64,000 nt of DNA from Minisyncoccota bacterium (GTDB taxonomy: Bacteria; Patescibacteriota; Minisyncoccia; Phycocordibacterales; UBA918), in NCBI GenBank assembly GCA_040879435.1, contig JBBDKG010000010.1:2019-66018 (forward strand), written 5' to 3'. Each line of letters opens with the position of its first letter. The first letter of the stretch is position 1. The notes below the pieces were generated by a model. The model was not told where the DNA came from, made no database searches, and saw only the letters and a list, made by a program, of their open reading frames with translations. Below are positions 20,856-30,776 of the stretch, piece after piece. A program made the translations under genes and the position numbers.

Positions 20856-21476
20856 CTATGCCTTCAGAACCGCGATCTCACCCTCCATCCCTACAACGTC
20901 CCTCTTCTTCAATGTTAGTTTCTCAACCGGCTTTACGTCATCGGCACTTTCCTCTTTCAAGAAGGCCTTGAGCGCCTTCTCATCATAGTGCATCGGAATG
21001 ACGAGCCGTGCTTCGAGCTTCACCGCGAGCTTCGACGCCTGCGGAACCTCCAGCACATCACCACCGCCGATCGGAATGAAGAGGATGTCGATATCCCCGA
21101 GTGACTCAAGGATGGACGGGTCGAGTTCCGGCGAACCGAGCGCCCCCAGAAACACGATGTTCATACCTTCAAGCTGAACCTGATAGATGGTGTTGTATCG
21201 TTCCCTCCCCTCGTATGTCGTTTTGACGCTGAAACCAAGTACGGTCACCTCACCCACTTCATACGCGCCCGGTCCTGAAATAACGAACGGCTCCTTATTC
21301 CCGTGCGTCACCTGCGACGTGCCGTTCATATTCGGATGCCAGATCGAGATGAGCGCAATATCAGAACCGAACTTCGAGACCGGAAGCTTTGAGTCCTTGG
21401 CGATCGGGTCGAACGCGAGTGTGGTGTCGCCGAACGACACCTTGAAACACTGCCCCCCGTGATATGTGATTACCAT
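20856..21476 (-). CDS. MBL-fold metallo-hydrolase-like protein (Lactamase_B_3-like)
   Basis: MVITYHGGQCFK, GPGAYEVG, DILFIPIGG, VIPMHY; the metal motif is degenerate (WHPNMN). Confidence 0.8.
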   Translation of the reverse strand: MVITYHGGQCFKVSFGDTTLAFDPIAKDSKLPVSKFGSDIALISIWHPNMNGTSQVTHGNKEPFVISGPGAYEVGEVTVLGFSVKTTYEGRERYNTIYQVQLEGMNIVFLGALGSPELDPSILESLGDIDILFIPIGGGDVLEVPQASKLAVKLEARLVIPMHYDEKALKAFLKEESADDVKPVEKLTLKKRDVVGMEGEIAVLKA

Positions 21477-21531
21477 AGTGCAGGCAGTATACCGTATAAT
21501 CAACACTGCGTCATTCTGCTGTATGGTCCTC

Positions 21532-21559
21532 TGGACAACCCAGATACGTATGCTACTAT
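21532..21559 (+). promoter_or_regulatory. Putative promoter of the structured RNA
   Basis: TGGACA-16 nt-TACTAT with extended TG; same -35 hexamer as the rpsA promoter. Confidence 0.55.
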
Positions 21560-21564
21560 GCTGC

Positions 21565-21919
21565 GCTCGGATGATTTGTCGTCCGAGTCCGGCTGTAGGT
21601 GTGCGTCCGCTACTCGACGACCCTTCCACACCTGCAGTCGGGACCAAATACCAGACCCGGTCGCGCGACCAGAGGAGCGCTCACAAAGAAGCGCCGCTGC
21701 GACCACGCCGCCTGAAGTGCCGCCACGCGACACCTCAGGCGGCAGATCTTCGAACAGAACAACCCCTCTGCAGTTGCCTTGGTCCTGCTTTGGGGTCTGT
21801 CGGCCGGCACTGGCGCTAGTGGCCTCCTCGTACCGCTGCCATGTGCTGGCCGACATCGCTCTTTCGCCACATTGATGTGGCCCCTTACTACCGGCATGCG
21901 CATGCGCTGCCGGTTTTTT
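21565..21919 (+). ncRNA. Putative ~350-nt structured non-coding RNA, family unrecognised
   Basis: At least seven helices, with G-U pairs that form only on the + strand; upstream promoter and 3' terminator; no credible ORF. Confidence 0.65.
21891..21919 (+). terminator. Intrinsic terminator of the structured RNA
   Basis: ccggca..tgccgg hairpin followed by TTTTTT. Confidence 0.75.
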
Positions 21920-21922
21920 CTA

Positions 21923-21951
21923 TGGACAAAGTATGTAAAATACCGTATACT
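21923..21951 (+). promoter_or_regulatory. rpsA promoter
   Basis: TGGACA-17 nt-TATACT, ~115 nt upstream of the ATG. Confidence 0.6.
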
Positions 21952-22067
21952 CGCGCCACTTCGAAAGAAGTTTATAAGCCTCTAGCGGCATACACGTAAC
22001 CCTACAGATACGACAACGGCCACGAGTAACGGTTCTGTACACGCGTATCGCCGGATAGAAAGATCAT

Positions 22068-23216
22068 ATGTTCAATATTAAGTCTGCGGTCATGGGCCGC
22101 ACCGTCGCTTCAGCCCCTGAAGTTGACGAACCGACCGCCGCACCAGCGGGGGTGATGCACACATACATCGCGGAAAGTCCCGAGCCGCCGCAAGAGGGAC
22201 AAATTATCGAGGGAACCGTGTCAGCGATCGGCCGCGCACGCGTCCTTATCAACCTGCCTCCGTTCGGCTCCGGTATCATCTACGGCCGCGAGTTCATGAA
22301 CGCACGCGACATCCTGCGTAAAGTGTCCGTCGGTGACACGATTGCAGCAAAGATCGTTGATGCATCCAACGAGGACGGATACATCGAGCTCTCTCTCAAG
22401 GAAGCGCGTCAGGCGCTCATCTGGAGCGACGCTGAGGCAGCACAAAAGAACCAGACAGTACTCTCACTTGAAGTGAAGGAGGCGAACAAGGGTGGTCTCA
22501 TCCTTGAATGGCAGGGTATCCAGGGATTCCTTCCTGCCTCGCAACTCTCTGCGGAGAACTATCCACGCGTTGCAGATGGCGACAAGGACAAGATCTTGTC
22601 GGCACTTGGCGACCTCATCGGACAGCACCTCTCAGTGATCATCATCACTGCCGACCAGAAGGAGGGCAAGCTGATCTTCTCTGAGAAGGGTCCACAAGAG
22701 AAGGAGGAGAAAGAAGAGAAGGTACGCCGCTACGAGGTGGGCGATGTGCTGAACGGTGAAGTGACCGGCGCAGTTGATTTCGGTATCTTCGTGAAGGTCG
22801 AAGAGGGCCTTGAAGGGCTGGTGCACATCTCTGAACTCGACTGGGGACTTGTTGAGGACACCCGCTCGCTATACAAGATCGGTGACAAGGTGCAGGTCAA
22901 GGTGATCGAGGTGAAGGACGATAAGATCTCACTCTCGATCAAGCAGCTTCGCGAGAACCCATGGATGGGCGCAGCGAAGAAATACAAGAAGGACCAGATC
23001 GTCGAAGGTGTTGTCATCAAGTACAACAAATACGGTGCGCTTGTCTCGATCGAGGAAGGAGTTGCCGGACTCGTCCACATCTCTGAATTCGACAACAGCG
23101 ACGCCAAACTGAAGGAGACGCTCTCACTCGGCAGCGCATACACATTCAAGATCACACTGTTCGAACCAAAGGATCAGCGAATGACACTCTCATACAAGGA
23201 AGCGAACCCTGAATAG
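22068..23216 (+). CDS. rpsA: 30S ribosomal protein S1 (four S1 domains)
   Basis: ANKGGL..QGFLPASQL, DFGIFV..EGLVHISEL, GLVHISE repeats. Confidence 0.92.
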   Translation: MFNIKSAVMGRTVASAPEVDEPTAAPAGVMHTYIAESPEPPQEGQIIEGTVSAIGRARVLINLPPFGSGIIYGREFMNARDILRKVSVGDTIAAKIVDASNEDGYIELSLKEARQALIWSDAEAAQKNQTVLSLEVKEANKGGLILEWQGIQGFLPASQLSAENYPRVADGDKDKILSALGDLIGQHLSVIIITADQKEGKLIFSEKGPQEKEEKEEKVRRYEVGDVLNGEVTGAVDFGIFVKVEEGLEGLVHISELDWGLVEDTRSLYKIGDKVQVKVIEVKDDKISLSIKQLRENPWMGAAKKYKKDQIVEGVVIKYNKYGALVSIEEGVAGLVHISEFDNSDAKLKETLSLGSAYTFKITLFEPKDQRMTLSYKEANPE

Positions 23217-23230
23217 GTTTCAGCGACCAG

Positions 23231-23270
23231 ATACAAGAACGCCCGCACACTGTGCGGGCGTTCTTGTATT
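23231..23270. terminator. Bidirectional intrinsic terminator
   Basis: atacaagaacgcccgcac / gtgcgggcgttcttgtat. Confidence 0.85.
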
Positions 23271-23869
23271 CACCTGCCACTATTGAACTCATTCATCGCA
23301 CGCTCTACGCCGTCGACCACGATCGTTTCGATCGCTCTTGCTGTACGCTCAAAGATACCGTCGAGCTTCGCCTGTTCACTTCGCGAGAAACGGCCGAGCA
23401 CGAACCGCTCGAGCGGTCCGCCTGCTGTGGGTCGTTTTACCTTCCCTGTCCAAAAGGATGTTGGTGCGATACCGATGCGAATGCGGACGAACTCTTTGCT
23501 CTTTAACCCCTCAACAAACGACTTGATACCGTTGTGTCCCCCATCGCCGCGACCTTGGGTGACACGGATCGTACCGAGCGGCAGGTCAACGTCGTCATAC
23601 ACAACGATGCAGTCCTTAGGTAGTGCCCCTCGTTTCTCCTTCAGAAACCGCGCTGTCTCACCGGACCGGTTCATGAAGGTCTCGGGCAGCACGAGCATTG
23701 TTGGTACACCTGCGACATCCACATGCGCAATGAGCGCCTGCGCATTCCGCTCGTTTGAAAATGAGGCGCTCTGCGAGTCTGCAAACCGCTCAATGAGCGT
23801 ACGTCCGACGCTATGCCGTGTATCGGCATACTCGGCACCTGGATTCCCTAAGCCAAAGACATAGTACAT
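23270..23869 (-). CDS. pth: Peptidyl-tRNA hydrolase
   Basis: GLGNPG..Y..TRH, PETFMNRSG, YDDVDL, GGHNGIKS. Confidence 0.95.
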   Translation of the reverse strand: MYYVFGLGNPGAEYADTRHSVGRTLIERFADSQSASFSNERNAQALIAHVDVAGVPTMLVLPETFMNRSGETARFLKEKRGALPKDCIVVYDDVDLPLGTIRVTQGRGDGGHNGIKSFVEGLKSKEFVRIRIGIAPTSFWTGKVKRPTAGGPLERFVLGRFSRSEQAKLDGIFERTARAIETIVVDGVERAMNEFNSGR

Positions 23870-23968
23870 ACGTGATTAGTGTACGGTGAAATAGTGAAAG
23901 TGCAACGCACGATACCGCATCGTTTGTTTTTGCACTTCACTTCACTTATACTATATGTATTACGTACT

Positions 23969-24586
23969 ATGTTTTCCCCTCCTACAACACAATCGAACAA
24001 AAACCAAACACCCTCACCTCGTCAGGAGCACCCACTCATTGAGATCGTACGCTTCATCATCATCGCACTGGTGATCGTGATCCCGATCCGTGTGTTCATC
24101 GCACAACCATTTATCGTATCGGGTGCTTCCATGGAGAATACCTTTCATAACAATGAGTATCTCATCGTGGACAGGGTTACGTACCGGTTCAACGAGCCGG
24201 AACGCGGCGATGTGGTGATATTCCGGTATCCGCGTGACCCGGCGAAGTTCTTTATCAAACGATTGATCGGTCTACCAGGAGACACGGTCACCATTAACGG
24301 GAGTACCATCACCATCACCAACAACGAACATCCCGACGGCATCACGCTTGATGAACCATACCTCTACACACCGACCGACTCATATCTCACCCAAACACTT
24401 GATGAAGGTGAGTACTTCGTGATGGGTGACAACCGGAACGCGAGCTCCGATTCACGCGTCTGGGGAATCCTCACTGACGACAAGATCATCGGTCGCGCGC
24501 TTCTGCGTCTCTTCCCGCTCTCGGACGCAGCGGTCATGCCCGGGGCGTACGACCTTGAAACCGGTTTATCAGCACGTTCACAGTGA
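23969..24586 (+). CDS. lepB: Signal peptidase I
   Basis: SGASMENT, FIKRLIGLPGD, MGDNRNASSDSR. Confidence 0.95.
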   Translation: MFSPPTTQSNKNQTPSPRQEHPLIEIVRFIIIALVIVIPIRVFIAQPFIVSGASMENTFHNNEYLIVDRVTYRFNEPERGDVVIFRYPRDPAKFFIKRLIGLPGDTVTINGSTITITNNEHPDGITLDEPYLYTPTDSYLTQTLDEGEYFVMGDNRNASSDSRVWGILTDDKIIGRALLRLFPLSDAAVMPGAYDLETGLSARSQ

Positions 24587-25797
24587 AATATATGCCAACT
24601 GAACTCACCGCAACAGATTTTCTCAAACGAGCAGCACGTGTAGCGGAACATTTCGGGTTCCTTTCGATCGCTGAGTGTCACAAACATCCTGACTGCAAGA
24701 ACTGCGTCGGCACGCTTCGCCACACCGCCTCCATGCAGGACCGGCGACTCGACGCACTCCACGGCATGCTCACAGCCGGCATCAGCACATACACCACCGG
24801 CAAGCTTCATGGGATCCAGTCGCCCATTCTGTGCTATAGCATCGAACACGTACCGCGTACGGGTGAGGCGGCACTTTCGATGCAGGTATTCAATGTTGAG
24901 AAAAGTATTGCAGAATCGCTTCTCATTCAGGCGTCGCGTGCGATCGCCCGCGAACTCGGGTTTGGCGAACAGGTTGTGCGGGTGAACTCGGTGGGTGATT
25001 CCGACTCAGTTGCCCGATACACGCGCGAACTGACGAATTTCATGCGTAAGCGCGCAGCTGATCTGCCCCCTGCCGCACGTGAACTGATGAAGGACCACGT
25101 GATCGATGCACTGCTGCACCTCATCGAGAAGGATCACGAACTATCGTATCGTAGCCCGAGTCCGCTTGAATATCTTTCTGACGCAAGCCGTCGGCACTTT
25201 CGTGAGATCGTGGAGTATTTGGAGATGAGCGAAACGCCGTACGAGATCGATCCGAAACTGATCGGCCACCTCAACTGCTACTCCGACGGTATCTTTGCAA
25301 TCGATGCACACAACCCCAGTGCGGACAACCCGCCAGCGCAGAGTACACAGCACGGCACTGCCTCACTTTTCATTCGCGGCGGCCGATACAACACGTTCAT
25401 GCGGCGACACACCAAGCAGGAGATCCCTGCTGCAGGTGCGGTCGTTATCCTGCGTGGCAAAAAAGCTCCGCGCCGCACACCGGCAGCACAAACGCAACGT
25501 CCATCGGTCTACCTCGTACAACTCGGCTTCGGACCGAAGATACGATCACTCATGCTTCTTGACCTGCTTCGGCAGGCTGGTGTCCCGACATACCAGAATC
25601 TTGCGAGCGATTCCCTTTCAACACAACTCCGCGATGCTGAGGAACGCGGAGTGAAATACGTCGTCATCATTGGCCAGAAGGAGTATGTAGACAACGCAGC
25701 GATCCTCCGGAACCTTCATGCACGGAGTCAGGAGCAGGTCCCCTTTACCGACCTTGTCGCCCGCCTCAAACGATCGGTATCGGCTACCTCACAATAA
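24583..25797 (+). CDS. Degenerate histidyl-tRNA synthetase-like protein with HGTP anticodon-binding domain
   Basis: YEIDPKLI..YSDGIF, GGRYN, C-terminal QL..A...GVKYVVIIGQKE; class II motif 2 not recognisable. Confidence 0.7.
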   Translation: MKYMPTELTATDFLKRAARVAEHFGFLSIAECHKHPDCKNCVGTLRHTASMQDRRLDALHGMLTAGISTYTTGKLHGIQSPILCYSIEHVPRTGEAALSMQVFNVEKSIAESLLIQASRAIARELGFGEQVVRVNSVGDSDSVARYTRELTNFMRKRAADLPPAARELMKDHVIDALLHLIEKDHELSYRSPSPLEYLSDASRRHFREIVEYLEMSETPYEIDPKLIGHLNCYSDGIFAIDAHNPSADNPPAQSTQHGTASLFIRGGRYNTFMRRHTKQEIPAAGAVVILRGKKAPRRTPAAQTQRPSVYLVQLGFGPKIRSLMLLDLLRQAGVPTYQNLASDSLSTQLRDAEERGVKYVVIIGQKEYVDNAAILRNLHARSQEQVPFTDLVARLKRSVSATSQ

Positions 25798-25837
25798 CTG
25801 CTTTGGCAGTATCGTCAGTACATATTACAATCTAGCT

Positions 25838-26062
25838 ATGGTATTACAGATCTTCGAACGTATCACCTATATGTGTGTCGGTGCTATCATCGCCATGGTT
25901 GCCTTCGGTCTGTATGTGCATACGAACAAGCAGAATGTTGCACGTATTGTGCAGCAGTCGACCGTATCTCCTGATCACTGCATAGAGCCAGATACTGTGC
26001 TGCATGAAGACGCGGCGGATACGAGAGAGATCTTCTTTGCCGGATGTGCAGGATTCTTCTGA
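25838..26062 (+). CDS. Small membrane-anchored protein ending in C...FFAGCAGFF
   Basis: N-terminal TM, TACAAT just upstream of the ATG, terminator downstream; resembles 42668..42901. Confidence 0.7.
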   Translation: MVLQIFERITYMCVGAIIAMVAFGLYVHTNKQNVARIVQQSTVSPDHCIEPDTVLHEDAADTREIFFAGCAGFF

Positions 26063-26084
26063 GTCCACTTCCAACGGTTATATA

Positions 26085-26113
26085 CAAAAAGACCGGCATG
26101 ACCGGTCTTTTTG
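26085..26113. terminator. Bidirectional intrinsic terminator
   Basis: caaaaagaccgg / ccggtctttttg. Confidence 0.8.
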
Positions 26114-27172
26114 CTATTCCGTAGCGGGTGGCGGAGCAGGTTCTTCATCTTCCGGTTCTTCCGGCGGTGGAGGCGATGTCTCCTCTTCTGGTTCCTCTGG
26201 TGGAGGTTCAGGTTCCGCCGCCGCTTCGACCACGACCGTCCGCGTCTTCGTCGCTTCATTGCCTGCTGCGTCTGCGACGCTGTATGTGAGTGTGTATGTA
26301 CCTGCTGTATCGGTATCCACCGTGCCATTTATCGTGATCTGAGCTGTCAGATCGCCATCTTTAGTGTCTGTTGCTGCAGCGCCCGGTTCGTCGTAGGTAT
26401 CGCCTTCAGTGAGAGTTATGGTTGCATCTCCGGCAAGTGTGATCACTGGTGGCGTGGTATCAGCTTGCGGTGTGCTGCCACCGCCCCCACCGCTTGGCGT
26501 GGTGCTTGCTGTAGTGGTCGCGGTGCTGCTTGCGGTCGAGCCACCATCCGATGTTGACGTTGCGGTTGACGTACCGGTCACACCTCCTGAACCGCTGCCT
26601 GAAGATGTCGAGGTGCCGGTCGCAACAGGAGTATTCTTTGACTCCTCTTCATACACGACCTCATCGGGATCAAGGAATCGGCCCACAAGACCGGAGTATG
26701 TTCGCTCAACGATCTTGTTGTTCGCGCCAATACGTCGTTCGATCTCCTGGGTCTCGATGAGCATCTGTCGCTCGGCGTTCACCACTTCCGCAAGCTGTGT
26801 GGTGATGAACGTATCAAGGTCCTTGGTACCAAGCTGCGATTTTGAGACCACCAGTATCTCCTCTCGCACGGCCTCCTGCCACACACCATCGATGACTGCA
26901 TAGGTCTGGTATGAGTAGTGTACGAAGTAGCTGATATCATCTTCTTCAACATACTCAACCTGTACCCGAAAGTCGTGATTATGAATATCGGCCTCAAGGA
27001 TCGCGCGGTTACTCACCTGCCGAACCGTCTCCTCCGACGTGATCACTGCTCCAGCCATTGCATCCCGCACATCCTCATTCGAGGCCATGACCGTCCCGCC
27101 GGACAGGAGAAGGAACACGAAGAGGAGTGTGAACGTGTTGTTATACAGTATGTAGTGGGCAAGTCTTTGCAT
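26114..27172 (-). CDS. Membrane-anchored surface protein with DUF5011/Ig-like domain
   Basis: DTTPPVITLAG...YDEPGAAATD..DGDLT...GTYTLTYSVADAAGNEA; S/T/G linker; P/E tail. Confidence 0.85.
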   Translation of the reverse strand: MQRLAHYILYNNTFTLLFVFLLLSGGTVMASNEDVRDAMAGAVITSEETVRQVSNRAILEADIHNHDFRVQVEYVEEDDISYFVHYSYQTYAVIDGVWQEAVREEILVVSKSQLGTKDLDTFITTQLAEVVNAERQMLIETQEIERRIGANNKIVERTYSGLVGRFLDPDEVVYEEESKNTPVATGTSTSSGSGSGGVTGTSTATSTSDGGSTASSTATTTASTTPSGGGGGSTPQADTTPPVITLAGDATITLTEGDTYDEPGAAATDTKDGDLTAQITINGTVDTDTAGTYTLTYSVADAAGNEATKTRTVVVEAAAEPEPPPEEPEEETSPPPPEEPEDEEPAPPPATE

Positions 27173-27231
27173 ATGGTCGCGTTACCATGATTATACCACC
27201 GGACGGAATGCGTCACGCTGCCCTGTGGGAA

Positions 27232-28446
27232 TTAGGTACCGGCCTCAGCCTCCGCTACGAATCGGCAGAACAGCTCGGGTCGCTGTCCTTTTGCACAAGC
27301 GGTCTGCAGCTCCGCCTCGCTCACAAAACGTGAAATAGACGAATACAACCCTTCGTAGCAGATCGTTTGCTCCGTCTCGGTCATTCCACTCTCTTCACAA
27401 AATGCAAATACATGTTCGAAATCACCCGATGATGTGCCGTGCTCTACAAGTCCACCCGCGAGAGAGACGATGCATGCATGGAGCAGTTCCTCGGGAACAG
27501 TCCGACACGATGCAAGCAACTGCTGCTGGTCTTCCTTCGGACGATGCTGCACCATACCGCTGACCGCAACGGTCATGATCGTACTCTGCATGTCTTTCCG
27601 TTTTGCAGTCTGTGCGATCGCGGCGGCCTTTGCCGGATCATGGTTACTCAGACCGTCCACCTTCTGCGCCATCTCGTAGTAGCAGTCCGGCTGCCGCTCA
27701 TATGCTTCGCTGTCGCAGATGCGGAATGGTGATTCACGATCATAGGTAAAGCCATACTCCTCGTCTGACATCCAATCCACGATCACGTTGTATATACCCT
27801 GCCGGCACTCGCTGATCTCGAACGGACTCGCGTCCGGTAGCGACTCACACTGCGCAAGTGGTACATCGACAAAATCTCGGAGCGTCCACTCGCGCGGGTC
27901 AACGAGCGTATCAGCACGAGCTAGTAAAAAGCCATGTCCTGAACCGTGATAGCAGGTTTGCCGCATTCCCGGTGCGGTCGCTTTCAGGCGCTCGTCCATG
28001 TATGCACAGGTCAGAGAAACAAATGCCGGGTCAGGATTGTCCTGTATCAAATGTTCAAAGAAACCGTGATAGAAACCATACCCGCACGCAGTTGCATTCG
28101 GCGGAAATTCGGTGCGGTCCAGGTCACGATGTGTGAGGTAATCAAAGTAGTACGCCATGTCCCCAACACGATGCGCGTGCCGATGGCATCCGGTGTTCGA
28201 GAACGTATCGTATTCACGGTAGATACGCTCGAACACATCAAAGGCGGCCTGCGTTCCGTCAGATACGAAGACGCCGCGGATCACCTCCTGCCAGCAATCG
28301 ATCTTAGCAACCTCGTTCGTATATACCTTCTCACACCTCTCGATAGCTGCAGTTTCGCTATCATGCACCAGAAGAGCCCCGAGGATACCGATCACGAGAA
28401 ACGCTATCAGGATCACCCACCGCACAGTAATGCTATTCAACAACAT
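27232..28446 (-). CDS. Cys/His-rich exported protein, paralog 4
   Basis: N-terminal TM; CHRHAHRVG, CGYGFYHG, CYHGSGHG. Confidence 0.8.
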   Translation of the reverse strand: MLLNSITVRWVILIAFLVIGILGALLVHDSETAAIERCEKVYTNEVAKIDCWQEVIRGVFVSDGTQAAFDVFERIYREYDTFSNTGCHRHAHRVGDMAYYFDYLTHRDLDRTEFPPNATACGYGFYHGFFEHLIQDNPDPAFVSLTCAYMDERLKATAPGMRQTCYHGSGHGFLLARADTLVDPREWTLRDFVDVPLAQCESLPDASPFEISECRQGIYNVIVDWMSDEEYGFTYDRESPFRICDSEAYERQPDCYYEMAQKVDGLSNHDPAKAAAIAQTAKRKDMQSTIMTVAVSGMVQHRPKEDQQQLLASCRTVPEELLHACIVSLAGGLVEHGTSSGDFEHVFAFCEESGMTETEQTICYEGLYSSISRFVSEAELQTACAKGQRPELFCRFVAEAEAGT

Positions 28447-29452
28447 GTATCGTACCGGTGAAATAAGAGCGGATATGGTCATGCATGTTCCAGGTTCCCA
28501 CGCGATCGAATGTAAAACTCCATGTTTCTTCCGGCGGAATCGGCTCAAGAGAATCGAACTCCGGATAGATCCCGTGTGTGGGATGCAGGTTCGACGCCGG
28601 CCAGAACGGCCGACCTGTGGTCGTGCTGAATTCGACCGTCGCACCGCGCGCGACGGTAAGCTTTGCAGGCTCGAACCCTTCGTCGGTCAGCACGACTGAT
28701 ACTGTACCGTCAGTAGCTATTGCCGCCTGCTCAGGCGCTGACGCATTCAGTTGGTTGTCAGACAGGAGCATGAGGGTCACATAGAAAGCGGCGGCGGCAC
28801 ACGCAAGTCCAACCGCAACGCTTACAATAAGGTTCGTTCGCGATGGGCGTTTTGGAGTCGTTTCAGATTCTTCTGTGACCGGTGCAGTGTTGCCGGACGT
28901 ATTGCGTCGTGTCCTGATGAACAGAAAAATGCCAACAAGCGAAAGCAATGCCCCCGCAACTACTCCAACACCAAGTGCAAGAAATGAAAACGTTCCTGCG
29001 CCTGAAACATCACCTTGTTGCACGGACAGTGTGAATTCGATCTCGACGAGAGCCTCCCCCTCGTTACTGAATCGTGCAAAGCCGGTATACGTCCCTGCTT
29101 CAGGGAAGGCGATGGTCATCCCGGTAGCACCGAACTCAGCCTTTGCAAGTCCTCCCGCATAGAGTAGCCGGCCATCGTCTTCAAGCCGGAACCAGATGTC
29201 TGTGAACGGTACCTGTGTATCAGTCTCAGCATCATAGAGGTAGAAGTCAAATCGTATCTGCTCACCTGAACGAGGTTCTTCGGGCGAATAGCCGATATCG
29301 ACAAGATAGCCGTCGATGGTCTGTTCGATCGATGCTCCTGACGAGTGTGCAGCTACTCGTTCAACAAACGTGGTGCTGAGAACTGCAAGCGTCACACTTG
29401 TGACGATGCCAACGGTAATAAGAAAAGCTGTACTTATTTGTGTGCGTATCAT
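28433..29452 (-). CDS. Membrane protein with N-terminal AH- exported domain and C-terminal cupredoxin-like domain
   Basis: VAAH signal end, two internal TMs, GFEP..L.V..GATVEF, SNLHPTH...GTWNMHDH. Confidence 0.75.
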   Translation of the reverse strand: MIRTQISTAFLITVGIVTSVTLAVLSTTFVERVAAHSSGASIEQTIDGYLVDIGYSPEEPRSGEQIRFDFYLYDAETDTQVPFTDIWFRLEDDGRLLYAGGLAKAEFGATGMTIAFPEAGTYTGFARFSNEGEALVEIEFTLSVQQGDVSGAGTFSFLALGVGVVAGALLSLVGIFLFIRTRRNTSGNTAPVTEESETTPKRPSRTNLIVSVAVGLACAAAAFYVTLMLLSDNQLNASAPEQAAIATDGTVSVVLTDEGFEPAKLTVARGATVEFSTTTGRPFWPASNLHPTHGIYPEFDSLEPIPPEETWSFTFDRVGTWNMHDHIRSYFTGTIHVVE

Positions 29453-29509
29453 GCGGGTACTCGTGAATTAGAGACTTCCAAATACAGTCATTCTGTATGG
29501 TACCACAGG

Positions 29510-30727
29510 TCATTGTCGTGGCACTTCATGCAGACACGCGGCTTTCCACGGCTCAGGTATGCCATTACAAATCTGATAAAATCCGTCGGACTCGACCGTA
29601 AATACATAGGTTGCGTACTGCAACATCTTCTCATAGCACGCTTTGTGTGAATTCGTCGCCTCCGCCGCCTCGCACACACTGAGCGCTTTTGCGATATTGC
29701 GGTTGTCAGTCTCTACTAGGCGTGCCGCCGCGTTCGCAAAGCAGATGCTCTCGTACGGCGAACGCACATTCGGACAAAATGATGTCGCCCACTCGGTGCT
29801 CAAGTTCGCGCCGGCCATCGCAAGGAAGAACACACCGGAAAGACACCGCGTATGTTGCCAATCATTGAAATCAACACGGTCACAAAGATCAACGATCGCT
29901 GATGGATCATCGAGCATCTCCGCAAACGGCGGCCAACCCTCACTGATGCACGAACCGTATTTCGCTCCTTCAAACTGCGAACAGAATGTGTTCACTTCTT
30001 CGGGCGTCTCGACCTCCTTCCCTTCGATAAGGGCGAAGTCCTCAGGCTCGAGCGGCTGGTAGATCTGCATGAACGCGCCATCATAGCAGAGCTGACGTTC
30101 CGCATCTTGGTTGTCGGGATTCCCGTCGACGAGCCGGTCACACAATTCAAGCGAATCATGAATGTCAGCGCCGGTCACATACATCGTCAAATGGCCGAGT
30201 GCGTGAATACAGGTCGCCTCGCCCATACCGGTCGGCTCCCACCCATCGCGCGCCTGACACACGCCCGCAAGTTCTCCTTCGATCTCACGTACATCACGTC
30301 CCTCCATCGAGTCCACACGGAACCGTTCCTGAAATGCTCCGTGGATCGCTCCGTTCGAACAGATACCGAGCGGTGCTTTTGCAATGACATCCTTCCACCG
30401 CTCCGGGTCTTTTGCTGTTTCCTTTGCTGAGAGTTCATGCCCGAGGACATGGCAGTACTGGTACGAAGGATCGAGGTCCTGTACGATCCGGGTGATTGAG
30501 AACGCCTCCAACATACTATATCCATTGTCCATCACCTTCGGAATCTCTTCGTCATAGCAAGATGGCCGATATGCTGCGTCAGCACAGGTCGCCACAATGC
30601 TACGCGCGACCGATTCGTGCGTGTCTGAGGTGTGGGTGAACAATGCCCCCACAAACAGAGCGAGCCCAAGCCCCGCACCGAACACGGTGACCATGAAAAT
30701 ACGGGGATGTCGTTTGAGAATACGCAT
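29510..30727 (-). CDS. Cys/His-rich exported protein, paralog 3
   Basis: CHVLGHEL, CSNGAIHG, CIHALGH, CYDGAFMQ. Confidence 0.8.
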   Translation of the reverse strand: MRILKRHPRIFMVTVFGAGLGLALFVGALFTHTSDTHESVARSIVATCADAAYRPSCYDEEIPKVMDNGYSMLEAFSITRIVQDLDPSYQYCHVLGHELSAKETAKDPERWKDVIAKAPLGICSNGAIHGAFQERFRVDSMEGRDVREIEGELAGVCQARDGWEPTGMGEATCIHALGHLTMYVTGADIHDSLELCDRLVDGNPDNQDAERQLCYDGAFMQIYQPLEPEDFALIEGKEVETPEEVNTFCSQFEGAKYGSCISEGWPPFAEMLDDPSAIVDLCDRVDFNDWQHTRCLSGVFFLAMAGANLSTEWATSFCPNVRSPYESICFANAAARLVETDNRNIAKALSVCEAAEATNSHKACYEKMLQYATYVFTVESDGFYQICNGIPEPWKAACLHEVPRQ

Positions 30728-30776
30728 GAGAAACGTGTGTGAGAGTATCGTACCATGTGGCCATTCGGCCGGTAGT

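Noticed and set aside
21565-21919. RNase P RNA, tmRNA or SRP RNA; also the ORFs 21459..21875, 21466..21819 and 21500..21856
   Set aside because: The hallmark motifs are absent on both strands, and the ORFs have implausible composition and no start signals
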